A stretch of DNA of 64,000 nt from Nitrospiraceae bacterium (GTDB lineage: Bacteria; Nitrospirota; Thermodesulfovibrionia; UBA6902): the NCBI GenBank assembly GCA_003599275.1, contig QZJG01000060.1, positions 24,854-88,853 of the forward strand. The letters are read 5' to 3'. Positions 8,782 through 17,524 of this stretch are shown here, piece by piece. The number at the start of each line of letters is the position of its first letter. Position 1 is the stretch's first letter. Below the pieces are notes generated by a model, which was not told where the DNA came from, made no database searches, and saw nothing but the letters and a program-made list of their open reading frames with translations. Both the position numbers and the translations under genes were made by a program.

Positions 8782-8957
8782 ACAAAAAAACACTTCCCCA
8801 CATCATGCAACACCCCCGCCAGATATCCCCATTCCCCCGATCCAAACGCATCCGCAAATGACCTCGCAAGTTCCGCCGACCCCTTCAAATGCTCCTCAAG
8901 TAAATGCCATTCACCAACCGGCTTTCCGTCAACACTGTGTGCGTAATATAGTTTCAC
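8769..8957 (-). pseudogene. cas3: Remnant of a second Cas3 HD nuclease N-terminus (62 aa)
   Basis: YYAHS...WHLLEEHL...AELARSFA..FG.GEWGYLAGVLHDVGK, the canonical I-C Cas3 start. It breaks immediately after HDVGK into T-rich unrelated sequence. Confidence 0.85.
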
Positions 8958-9020
8958 AAAATCTCCCCTGTCACCTGCTTAAGGCACCTACTGTTGGTCT
9001 TTGCCAAAGAGGTTTATATT

Positions 9021-9554
9021 TCAGACCTCTTTCTCCCTCTTAAACCCGATCTTTTTTTTCTTCGTCTCCGACGGAATCATCAACTGCCTTATGGCATCGA
9101 AAATCAATTTAATCTCTCCATCATGTTTCTCTATCTTCCGCTCAAGCTGCGTCAGATTGCGGGCAAGCTCCTTATGTGTTATCAGCATTTCTCGAAGTCT
9201 TGTGAATGTTCTCATTATCTGGATGTTTACTGTTATCGCCCGTTCACTATTAAGAACACTTGATAACATTGCAACGCCATTTTCAGTAAAAGCAAACGGC
9301 ATTTTTCTTAATCCCATCTTTTCTTTATTGGATATCACAATTTGTGATGTCCAATTTTTCATTTCTTCTTTTGTTAATTGAAACATAAAATCCGGAGGAA
9401 ATCTCTTGAGGTTTCTCTTGACAGCCTGATTTAATGCTCTTGTCTCAACTCCGTAAAGGATGGCGAGGTCTTTGTCCAACATTACCTTTTTCCCTCTGAA
9501 AAAAAGTATTTTGCTTTCTACAACTTCCGGTGGAATGATTGCCAATGTCCCCAT
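9021..9554 (-). CDS. ORF6N-domain (KilA-N-like) DNA-binding protein
   Basis: KILFFRGKKVMLDKDLAILYGVETRALNQAVKRN..RFP.DFMFQL...PFAFTENGVAMLSSVLNS, with a KKKIGF C-terminus. Confidence 0.9.
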   Translation of the reverse strand: MGTLAIIPPEVVESKILFFRGKKVMLDKDLAILYGVETRALNQAVKRNLKRFPPDFMFQLTKEEMKNWTSQIVISNKEKMGLRKMPFAFTENGVAMLSSVLNSERAITVNIQIMRTFTRLREMLITHKELARNLTQLERKIEKHDGEIKLIFDAIRQLMIPSETKKKKIGFKREKEV

Positions 9555-9584
9555 TTTTATCCCCTTTTATTACACGATGTCCCC

Positions 9585-9620
9585 TCATCTTGAAGTTCCG
9601 GGGATGGAACTTCAAGATGA
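9585..9620. repeat. 15-bp perfect inverted repeat TCATCTTGAAGTTCC-N6-GGAACTTCAAGATGA
   Basis: Read directly, between the larC stop and the ORF6N start. Confidence 0.85.
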
Positions 9621-9650
9621 TTCCCGGATTCCCACTTTCGTGGGAATGAC
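9621..9650. repeat. Half copy of the GTCATT...AATGAC palindromic element (ATTCCC-N8-GGGAATGAC)
   Basis: ATTCCCACTTTCGTGGGAATGAC, same arm as the copies at 11.7, 32.0 and 47.9 kb. Confidence 0.75.
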
Positions 9651-9663
9651 AGATTTAGAATCT

Positions 9664-10866
9664 TTACAGTTTGATGGCCTTCATAACTTCCAAAAGCGGC
9701 ATATTAAACTTTTTCGCTATCTTTTTGCAGTCCTCGTACTCAACGGATGACTTTTGCTTTTTATTTCCAATCCGCGCAAGCTTGACGTTAACATTGCCGA
9801 ACTTCGTCTTCACTGATTTAATCTCTCTCTGAAGCACTTTTCTTTCCGTGCTGTAGAATCTGACGCCGATGCTCGTGGTTTCACTCAGAATTATGTTTAT
9901 TAGCTTGTCTCTGTCACCTTCATCGCAGAGCACGCTCAGCTTGGTCCCCGGCCTTCCCTTCTTCATGACAAGCTGCGTTAAAAAGACATCGAGCGCCCCG
10001 GCATTGAAAAGTCTCTCCATGACGTATTCATAAACCTGCGGATTCATGTCGTCGATGTTGGTTTCGATGACCGTCACGGCATTTCCCTTTTTTTGTTTTT
10101 CTTCTTCTGACTTTTCTCCGACCATCACCATCAGCACATTCGGCTGTCCCTTGAAATCATGACCGCCTGCGCCTGCGCCTGTTTTAACAATATTCATGTT
10201 CGGGACGGGACCAAAGCCTTTTGCAAGCGACGAAACAAGCACAGCGCCGGTGGGAGTAGTGAGTTCGCATAAAATATCAGATGAGTAAACGGGGATGCCT
10301 TCCAGTAATTGAGCGGTCGCAGGGGCCGGGACAGGCAGTATCCCGTGCTCCGTTTTTATTGTCCCGCCGCCGAGATTTAAAGCTGATGAATAGATCGTAT
10401 CTATTCCAAGGATATCAAGTCCTGTCAATGTCCCAAAGATGTCAACGATACAATCAACTGCGCCTAATTCATGAAGGTGAACATCCTGCATTCTCTCGCC
10501 GTGGACCTTTGCCTCTGCCTCAAAGAGTCTCCTGAAAATGAGCAGACCTTTCTGTTTTATCTCTTTTGAGAGTGAAGACGTTTTAATTATCTTTTCTATG
10601 TCCTTCCATCTTCTGACTTTTGACTTCTGACCCCCCTTACGTCCCCCCTTGATAAGGGGGGATTTAGAGGGGTTTCTTATTTCAACATTCACCTTTGTCG
10701 CACGAATTCCCGCCCGCTTCACTTTCCTTGCCTTTAATTCATATCCGCGAATTGGAAGGAGGGACAGTCGTTTTTTTAATTCCTCAAGCGACACGCCTGC
10801 GTCAACCAGCGCCCCAAGGATCATGTCTCCGCTTATGCCTGAAAAACAATTGAAGTATGCGATCAT
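9664..10866 (-). CDS. larC: Nickel-pincer cofactor biosynthesis protein LarC
   Basis: MIAYFNCFSGISGDMILGALVDAG, HLHELGAVDCIVDI, PVPAPAT, TPTGA, ETNIDDMNPQ, MKKGRPG. Confidence 0.95.
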   Translation of the reverse strand: MIAYFNCFSGISGDMILGALVDAGVSLEELKKRLSLLPIRGYELKARKVKRAGIRATKVNVEIRNPSKSPLIKGGRKGGQKSKVRRWKDIEKIIKTSSLSKEIKQKGLLIFRRLFEAEAKVHGERMQDVHLHELGAVDCIVDIFGTLTGLDILGIDTIYSSALNLGGGTIKTEHGILPVPAPATAQLLEGIPVYSSDILCELTTPTGAVLVSSLAKGFGPVPNMNIVKTGAGAGGHDFKGQPNVLMVMVGEKSEEEKQKKGNAVTVIETNIDDMNPQVYEYVMERLFNAGALDVFLTQLVMKKGRPGTKLSVLCDEGDRDKLINIILSETTSIGVRFYSTERKVLQREIKSVKTKFGNVNVKLARIGNKKQKSSVEYEDCKKIAKKFNMPLLEVMKAIKL

Positions 10867-11597
10867 AACGTATTTATTTTATGCGCAAGCACTCCTGCGC
10901 CGAAGCCGTTGTCGATATTCATGACCGCGATGCCGGGAACGCAGGAATTGAGCATTGAGAAAAGCGCGGTGATTCCGCCGAAACTTGTTCCGTAACCGAC
11001 TGAGGTAGGGACCGCGATCACAGGCTTGTCCGTCATCCCGCCTACAACTGATGGAAGCGCCCCTTCCATTCCGGCCACGACAATAATAACGCGGGACTCT
11101 TTGATAAGGTCCTTATTGCCCATCAATCTGTGAAGACCTGCAACCCCGACGTCATACACGGTATTCACTTTACTGCCTAAAAACGATGCGGTCACCGCAG
11201 CCTCTTCAGCCACGGGGATATCCGATGTTCCTGCCGTGAGCACAAGTATATTGCCGCTCTTTTTCTTTTCTTCGCCTATCGAGATAATGCCGGATGCGGG
11301 ATGAAATACGGCATTTTTGATCTTCAGAGAAATGCAGATTTTCTTCGTTGCCCTCGTGATGAGAAAGCTCCTGCTCTTTTTAAACATCGCCCTTGCGATC
11401 TTTATGACCTGTTCATCCGTCTTGCCGGATGCAAAGATCACCTCAGGCACACCCTGTCTGAGATGCCTGTGGTGGTCAACCTTGGCAAATGAAATATCTT
11501 CGTAGGGAAGGTGCTTTAATTTTCTTACGGCTGTTTCAACGGAAACGCCGCCTGATTTTACTTCACTCAATATTTGTTGCAGTTTCCTGGTGTTCAT
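10863..11597 (-). CDS. larB: Nickel-pincer cofactor biosynthesis protein LarB (AIR carboxylase-like)
   Basis: DHHRHLRQGVPEVIF, AGTSDIPVAEEA, DVGVAGLHRL, AGMEGALPSVV, NIDNGFGA. Confidence 0.95.
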   Translation of the reverse strand: MNTRKLQQILSEVKSGGVSVETAVRKLKHLPYEDISFAKVDHHRHLRQGVPEVIFASGKTDEQVIKIARAMFKKSRSFLITRATKKICISLKIKNAVFHPASGIISIGEEKKKSGNILVLTAGTSDIPVAEEAAVTASFLGSKVNTVYDVGVAGLHRLMGNKDLIKESRVIIVVAGMEGALPSVVGGMTDKPVIAVPTSVGYGTSFGGITALFSMLNSCVPGIAVMNIDNGFGAGVLAHKINTL

Positions 11598-11618
11598 AAA
11601 ATATTTATTCTCATTGAC

Positions 11619-11717
11619 GTCATTCCGGCGGTTCCGTCCGTCCTACTGTTGGCCCGCCCGGAATCCTTCCTGTACAAACTTCATTCAAAAGATAGATTCC
11701 CGACAAGCGGGAATGAC
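11619..11717. repeat. Palindromic REP/RPE-like element GTCATTCCGGC...CCGGAATCC...GATTCCCGACAAGCGGGAATGAC
   Basis: Terminal inverted repeats GTCATT/AATGAC and two internal hairpins; intergenic (gpsA-larB). Confidence 0.8.
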
Positions 11718-11749
11718 GATTTTACTCAGAATAATTTGTGTTCCCGTTT

Positions 11750-12739
11750 TTAAAACTCCGACTTCAATGCCCTGTTCATCAGCAGTCTGACAGCCTCGGC
11801 AGGGTGCTTGTCTTTGTATACGACCTCATAAACCTGTTCGATTATCGGCATTTCCACACCGTATTTTCTGGAGAGCTCAAACGCGGAAAGGGCGGTCGCA
11901 ACTCCTTCCGCAACGCTCCTTGTCGATGAAAGTATATCTTTGAGCGTCATTCCCTTGCCGAGATTTACGCCCACTGTATAATTCCTCGAAAGCGGTCCTG
12001 TGCATGTAAGCACAAGGTCGCCAAGGCCGCTCAATCCCGAAAACGTCTCCGGATTGGCGCCCATCGCCTTCCCCAGGCGTACAATTTCGGCAAGCCCTCT
12101 TGTTATAAGGGCGGCCCTTGAGTTGTGCCCCAGTCCGAGACCGTCGGATATGCCGGAGGCTATCGCGATGACGTTTTTCAGTGCGCCGCCAAGCTCAACG
12201 CCAAGCACATCGGCGTGGGTGTAGACCCTGAAATGTCCGGTGTTGAAGATTTCCTGCAGATGAACGCCTGTGTCCGCATTTTCTGTTGCAAGTGTAACGG
12301 CGGTCGGAAGTTTTTTTATTACCTCCTTTGCGAAGCTCGGCCCTGAAAGCACTGCGGCCTGATGTCCGGTTACCTCTTTTAAAATTGAAGACACTGTGAG
12401 CAACGTCCCCTGTTCAATGCCTTTTGACGCGCTGATTATGACTGCTTCGTCCAGGACAACGTCCTTAGCTTCTTTGAATATTGAACGGGTAAATTGTGTC
12501 GGCACGACGTTCAGTATGTAGCGGGCATTTTTTACGGCGTCCCGGATGTTGCTCGTTGCTGTCATATTGGGCGACAGTTGAACGCCCGGCAGGTAAATGC
12601 TGTTCTCATGTGAATGGTTTATCTCCCCGGAAAGCTTTTCTTCAAGGGCCCAGAGAGTAACGTCGAACTCCTTTTCCGCAAGAAGATTCGCGAGTGTCGT
12701 TCCCCAACTGCCGGCGCCTATGACGGATATGTAACTCAT
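11750..12739 (-). CDS. gpsA: NAD(P)H-dependent glycerol-3-phosphate dehydrogenase
   Basis: VIGAGSWGTTLA, GGALKNVIAI, GLGDLVLTC..SRN. Start set at ATG 12739 (MSYISV). Confidence 0.95.
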   Translation of the reverse strand: MSYISVIGAGSWGTTLANLLAEKEFDVTLWALEEKLSGEINHSHENSIYLPGVQLSPNMTATSNIRDAVKNARYILNVVPTQFTRSIFKEAKDVVLDEAVIISASKGIEQGTLLTVSSILKEVTGHQAAVLSGPSFAKEVIKKLPTAVTLATENADTGVHLQEIFNTGHFRVYTHADVLGVELGGALKNVIAIASGISDGLGLGHNSRAALITRGLAEIVRLGKAMGANPETFSGLSGLGDLVLTCTGPLSRNYTVGVNLGKGMTLKDILSSTRSVAEGVATALSAFELSRKYGVEMPIIEQVYEVVYKDKHPAEAVRLLMNRALKSEF

Positions 12740-12750
12740 AATTTGACCCT

Positions 12751-14442
12751 CTATTTCCCCTTTTTCCGGACCTTCGCCCACGTATCCTTCAGGGTGACTG
12801 TGCGGTTGAAAACAGGTTTACCGCCTGACGAGTCAGGGTCCACGCAGAAATATCCCATCCGCTCGAACTGGAACCTGTCACCGGGTTTTGCGTCTGAAAG
12901 ACACGGTTCAGCCCGCGCCGCCAGGGTCTCCAGTGAATCCGGATTCATATTGGATCTAAAATCCTGTCCCTCTTCCACGTCGTCAGGGTCTGCTTTTAAA
13001 AACAGAGTATTATATAACCGCGCTTCGATTTCGATCGCATGCGCCGCGGAAACCCAGTGCAGGGTCGCCTTGACCTTCCGGCCATCCGGTGAATCCCCGC
13101 CTCTTGTGGCAGGGTCATAAGTGCAGTGGACTTCGACGACTTCACCGGTCTTTTCATCTTTCACAACTCCCACACAGGTTAAGTAATAGGCATACCGCAG
13201 TCTTACCTCGCGCCCTGGCGACAGACGGAAAAACTGTTTTTGCGGGACTTCCTGAAAATCATCCCGCTCGATATATATAATGCGGGAAAAAGGAACGGTC
13301 CGTGTCCCCATTCCGGGGTCTTCGGGGTTATTAACGGCAGTCAGCTCTTCTGATTTATTTTCAGGATAGTTGACGATAACGACCTTAAGCGGTCTCAGGA
13401 CTGCCATAACGCGCGGCGACCTTTTATTCAAGTCCTCGCGTATGCAAAACTCGAGGAGCGCCATGTCCACCATGCTGTCTCTTTTTGCGACCCCGATACG
13501 GTCACAAAAGTTCCTGATGGACTCCGGCGTATATCCGCGCCTTCGCAGACCGGATATTGCGGGCATACGTGGGTCGTCCCATCCTTTAACATGCCCGCCT
13601 TCGACCAACTGCAGGAGCTTTCGTTTGCTCATGATTGTATAGCTTAAATTAAGGCGGGCAAACTCTATCTGCTGCGGGTGGCATTCGACCTTAAGCTCAT
13701 CGAGAAACCAGTCGTACAAAGGACGGTGGTCTTCAAATTCGAGGGTGCAAATCGAGTGAGTGATCCCTTCGATTGAATCCGAGACGCAATGCGCATAATC
13801 ATACATCGGGTAAATGCACCACTTGTCGCCAGTCCTGTGATGTTCCGCATGAAGTATGCGATACATGACCGGGTCGCGCATATTTATATTTCCTGAGGTC
13901 ATATCTATTTTGGCCCGGAGAGTACGGGAACCGTCAGGAAATTCTCCAGCCTTCATGCGTTCAAACAGCTCCAGATTCTCCGCGGCTGAACGGTCCCGGT
14001 ACGGGCTGTTCCTGCCCGGCTGGGTCAAAGTGCCCCGGTGCTCCCTGATTTCCTCAGCGCTTAAATCGCACACATAGGCCTTTCCCATCCTGATCAACTC
14101 TACGGCATACGCATACATCTGATCAAAATAGTCGGACGCATAATACATCCGGTCTCCCCAGTCGTATCCGATCCAGAGGACGTCCTCTTTGATGGATTCC
14201 ACGTACTCGACTTCTTCTTTTGCGGGGTTTGTGTCGTCGAAGCGCAGATTGCAAAGCCCCCTGAACTCATCGGCAACACCGAAATTCAGGCATATGGACT
14301 TTGCGTGTCCGATATGGAGGTAGCCGTTAGGCTCAGGCGGAAAGCGCGTATGTACCCTTCCTCCGTATTTGCCGGTCTCCATATCTTCTTTTATGATGTC
14401 CCTGATAAAATCAGAGGGACGCGGCGTTTCAGGCCCGGTCAT
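12751..14442 (-). CDS. glnS: Glutamine--tRNA ligase
   Basis: [38 protein letters not shown]-terminal [11 protein letters not shown]. Confidence 0.97.
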   Translation of the reverse strand: MTGPETPRPSDFIRDIIKEDMETGKYGGRVHTRFPPEPNGYLHIGHAKSICLNFGVADEFRGLCNLRFDDTNPAKEEVEYVESIKEDVLWIGYDWGDRMYYASDYFDQMYAYAVELIRMGKAYVCDLSAEEIREHRGTLTQPGRNSPYRDRSAAENLELFERMKAGEFPDGSRTLRAKIDMTSGNINMRDPVMYRILHAEHHRTGDKWCIYPMYDYAHCVSDSIEGITHSICTLEFEDHRPLYDWFLDELKVECHPQQIEFARLNLSYTIMSKRKLLQLVEGGHVKGWDDPRMPAISGLRRRGYTPESIRNFCDRIGVAKRDSMVDMALLEFCIREDLNKRSPRVMAVLRPLKVVIVNYPENKSEELTAVNNPEDPGMGTRTVPFSRIIYIERDDFQEVPQKQFFRLSPGREVRLRYAYYLTCVGVVKDEKTGEVVEVHCTYDPATRGGDSPDGRKVKATLHWVSAAHAIEIEARLYNTLFLKADPDDVEEGQDFRSNMNPDSLETLAARAEPCLSDAKPGDRFQFERMGYFCVDPDSSGGKPVFNRTVTLKDTWAKVRKKGK

Positions 14443-14591
14443 TCACTTCTCCTGTAATCCATATTATATAACCACTGAGACACAGAGGCACTGAGACAAA
14501 AGTAACTTAAATCATTTATAAGATCTTTGATGATTAATAACATAGCGAACTCCGTTCCAATTACCCTTCTCAGGGAGTTATTTTACCACAT

Positions 14592-16004
14592 TCACATGCA
14601 GGCCTTTATCGCTTTTTCCAATCTCCTGATCGTCTTTTCTTTCCCGACAATCTCAAGCACCTCGAATATCCCCGGACTTTCCGTGCCGCCGGTCATGGCA
14701 ACGCGCACAGGCTGCGCGAGGTCTTTGAGTTTTACTCCATGCTTTTCAACGACAGACTTGAAGGCCTTTTCAAGTCCCTCATGTGAAAATCCGGGAAGGG
14801 AGTCCAGACCGTCTTTCAGTTCAGTCAGAAGGCCACGGCTCTTTTCATTCAGGAATTTCTCTTTCGCCTTTTCATTGTATTCCACTTCTTCAGCTATATA
14901 GTACCTGAGCGAATTTGCAAGCTCCACCAGCGTCTTGGAGCGTTCCTTCAATGTGCCGATTGCCTTCGAGAGCCATGCCATATCGATATCCTGTCCTTCG
15001 CCTGCAGTCTTTTCCCTGATGAGAAACGGCATGACCAGTTCTGCGAGTTTTTCAGACGGTGAATTGATAATATACTGGCCGTTCAGCCAGAGGAGTTTCT
15101 CGGGATTGAATACCGCCGCGGCCTTGCCGACATTTTCAAAGGAAAAATATTTTACGAGTTCTTCCCGCGAAAATACCTCCTGATCGCCGTAAGACCATCC
15201 CAGTCTCACAAGATAGTTCACAAGCGCATCAGGCAGGTATCCCATTTCGTAATACGCCATGACCGACGTGGCGCCGTGTCTTTTTGAGAGACGGGTCTTG
15301 TCGGAGCCTAATATCATGGGAAGGTGTGCAAACTTCGGGACCTCATAGCCCAACGCCTTATAAACGTGTATCTGTTTCGGGGTGTTGTTCAGGTGGTCGT
15401 CGCCCCTGATGACGTGAGTAATCTTCATGTCCACGTCGTCAACTACGACCGTAAGGTTATATGTCGGCGTCCCGTCAGACCTCAAAATTATCAGGTCGTC
15501 AAGCTGAGCATTGTCGAAAGTTACAGGGCCCCTTATCAGGTCGTCGACTATTGTCTGCCCTGACTGCGGCATCCTGAATCTTACCGCAGGCGTGACCCCG
15601 GGCACAGGCCCTTTGAGGTCCCTGCACCTGCCGTCATATTTAGGCGGTTTCCCCATCGCCATCGCAAGCTTGCGTCTTTCATCCAGTTCTTCAGCGGAAC
15701 AGTAGCAGTAATACGCCTTGCCTTCCTTAATGAACCTGTCAACGTAGCTTCTGTATACATCAAACCTGTCAGTCTGCCTGAAAGGGCCTTCATCCCAGCC
15801 GAGCCCAAGCCATTTCATACCCTCGATGATCGCTTCTATGTATTCGTCTGTAGAACGGGTCCTGTCGGTATCTTCAATCCTTAATATGAATGTGCCGTTA
15901 TTATGTCTCGCGTAAAGATAGTTGAAAAGCGCCGTCCTCGCTCCGCCTATGTGAAGATGCCCGGTAGGACTCGGCGCAAAACGTACTCTGATTTTTTCAG
16001 TCAA
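14592..16004 (-). CDS. gltX: Glutamate--tRNA ligase
   Basis: RVRFAPSPTGHLHIGGARTALFN, RLSKRHGA, RVAMTGGTESPGIF. Confidence 0.97.
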   Translation of the reverse strand: MTEKIRVRFAPSPTGHLHIGGARTALFNYLYARHNNGTFILRIEDTDRTRSTDEYIEAIIEGMKWLGLGWDEGPFRQTDRFDVYRSYVDRFIKEGKAYYCYCSAEELDERRKLAMAMGKPPKYDGRCRDLKGPVPGVTPAVRFRMPQSGQTIVDDLIRGPVTFDNAQLDDLIILRSDGTPTYNLTVVVDDVDMKITHVIRGDDHLNNTPKQIHVYKALGYEVPKFAHLPMILGSDKTRLSKRHGATSVMAYYEMGYLPDALVNYLVRLGWSYGDQEVFSREELVKYFSFENVGKAAAVFNPEKLLWLNGQYIINSPSEKLAELVMPFLIREKTAGEGQDIDMAWLSKAIGTLKERSKTLVELANSLRYYIAEEVEYNEKAKEKFLNEKSRGLLTELKDGLDSLPGFSHEGLEKAFKSVVEKHGVKLKDLAQPVRVAMTGGTESPGIFEVLEIVGKEKTIRRLEKAIKACM

Positions 16005-16016
16005 GACAACCTCCTT

Positions 16017-17408
16017 TTAGCCCGATATTATAAGCCTTAAAAAATTTTTCGTCTTGTCCGTTGCCTTAAATCTTTCATCAGCCCTGTACCCTGCTATCCA
16101 GACTATATCATTTCCCGACAGCACTATGGGGACACTGTCCCGCTCATCTCTGGGGACCTTCTCGTCCACAAAAAAGTCCTGGAGCTTCTTCCTCCTGCCG
16201 AACCCGGCAGGATAAAAGCAGTCGCCTTCTTGCCGCGACCTTATGGTAAGAGGACAGTGTATTTTATCTGCGTCAATAACAACATCGGATTTCCCGTCTC
16301 CATAATCCTCTGCATTGTCCGCCAAAGATGCCTTAATTACGATTCCCGCCTCTTTTAAAGCAACCTCTCCGGGGACATGGATGCTGTGAGCGCCTGTCTT
16401 TACGGGAGGGGCCGACGTCAGTTTTAAAGTAGAATACGACTTGACAACTCTTATGTCCTTCGGCAGGTAAATCCTGTCGCCCGAGGCGCCTGTCTTTATG
16501 AGATCGATGATGTCCTCAATATGAACGAAGCCTATGCCTCTCAGTCCTTCAGTTGCATTGAGAGCCCTCCTGAGAACGCGCCTCAGGAGCGGTTTCTCCA
16601 TGGTCACCAACGGGGAAAGGAAAAGCTCTATCGTGTCCATGCTCTTTCTGCTTATCAGCCTCATGAGGGTCTTTGTTACGATAATTTCGAGATACTCGTC
16701 TTCCTCCCTGAGGATGTCCATCGTGCGGCAGATGTTTTGAATCAGGGCCGGGTTTTTCTTACTTAGTTCAGGGATGACACTCAGCCTTATCCAGTTTCTG
16801 AAATAGTCTTTCTTAAGGTTGGATGAATCCATAACGTAAGGCAATTCGTAATTCTTGATTCGTAATTCGTGATGCGCAAGAAAATCTTCGATTTCTTTTC
16901 TCTCAACCTCAATAAGAGGTCTGATTATCCTGCCTCTCACAGGAGGAATTCCTGAAAGTCCCTTTCTGCCCGCGCCTCTTAAAAGCATCATTAGAAGGGT
17001 CTCTGCCTGATCGCTGGCGGTATGGCCGAGGGCGATCTTCGCTGCGTTTATCTTTTTTGCGACCTCATCAAACACCCCGTATCTTAATTCTCTCGCGGCC
17101 TCCTGCCGGTTCAATCTTCTGTCCTTTGCGTGTCCTCGGACATCCACCTGTTCATAGAGGAAATTGATCCCGAGCGCATCGCAAAATTCTTTGCAGAAGG
17201 CCTTCTCTCCCTCGACCTCTTCGGGCCTTAATCCGTGATCGACATATACGGCGTGAAGCGAAAGATTGAAATCCTTTTTGAGTTTGTCTAAAATAACCGC
17301 AAGACAAACTGAGTCAGGGCCTCCGGAAAGCCCGACAAGAACACAGTCACCTTCAGAAAGCATAGTGTATCTGTTGATTGTTTCTTTGACCTTTTTCAGG
17401 AGTTCCAT
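16017..17408 (-). CDS. tilS: tRNA(Ile)-lysidine synthetase
   Basis: VGLSGGPDS, ALGHTASDQAET, DSSN, C-terminal KKLQDFFVDEKVP. Confidence 0.95.
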   Translation of the reverse strand: MELLKKVKETINRYTMLSEGDCVLVGLSGGPDSVCLAVILDKLKKDFNLSLHAVYVDHGLRPEEVEGEKAFCKEFCDALGINFLYEQVDVRGHAKDRRLNRQEAARELRYGVFDEVAKKINAAKIALGHTASDQAETLLMMLLRGAGRKGLSGIPPVRGRIIRPLIEVERKEIEDFLAHHELRIKNYELPYVMDSSNLKKDYFRNWIRLSVIPELSKKNPALIQNICRTMDILREEDEYLEIIVTKTLMRLISRKSMDTIELFLSPLVTMEKPLLRRVLRRALNATEGLRGIGFVHIEDIIDLIKTGASGDRIYLPKDIRVVKSYSTLKLTSAPPVKTGAHSIHVPGEVALKEAGIVIKASLADNAEDYGDGKSDVVIDADKIHCPLTIRSRQEGDCFYPAGFGRRKKLQDFFVDEKVPRDERDSVPIVLSGNDIVWIAGYRADERFKATDKTKNFLRLIISG

Positions 17409-17524
17409 AGCGGATTTAATTATAACTTAAAAAACTGGATTAACCACAGAGGTCACAGAGGATGAGCCAACATCCGGACTTCTTGTCCTCTTAACTTCTT
17501 TTTATTCTCTGTGGTAAAAAAATC

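Noticed and set aside
1-9660. CRISPR array, mini-array or cas2 near the cas genes
   Set aside because: No regularly spaced direct repeats were found. The lone GTTTCAAT at about 6484 is inside cas8 coding sequence. The array and cas2 are expected beyond base 1.
9664-11597. larB-larC without larA/larE as an unusual pathway
   Set aside because: Split lar gene clusters are common; the other genes are probably elsewhere in the genome.
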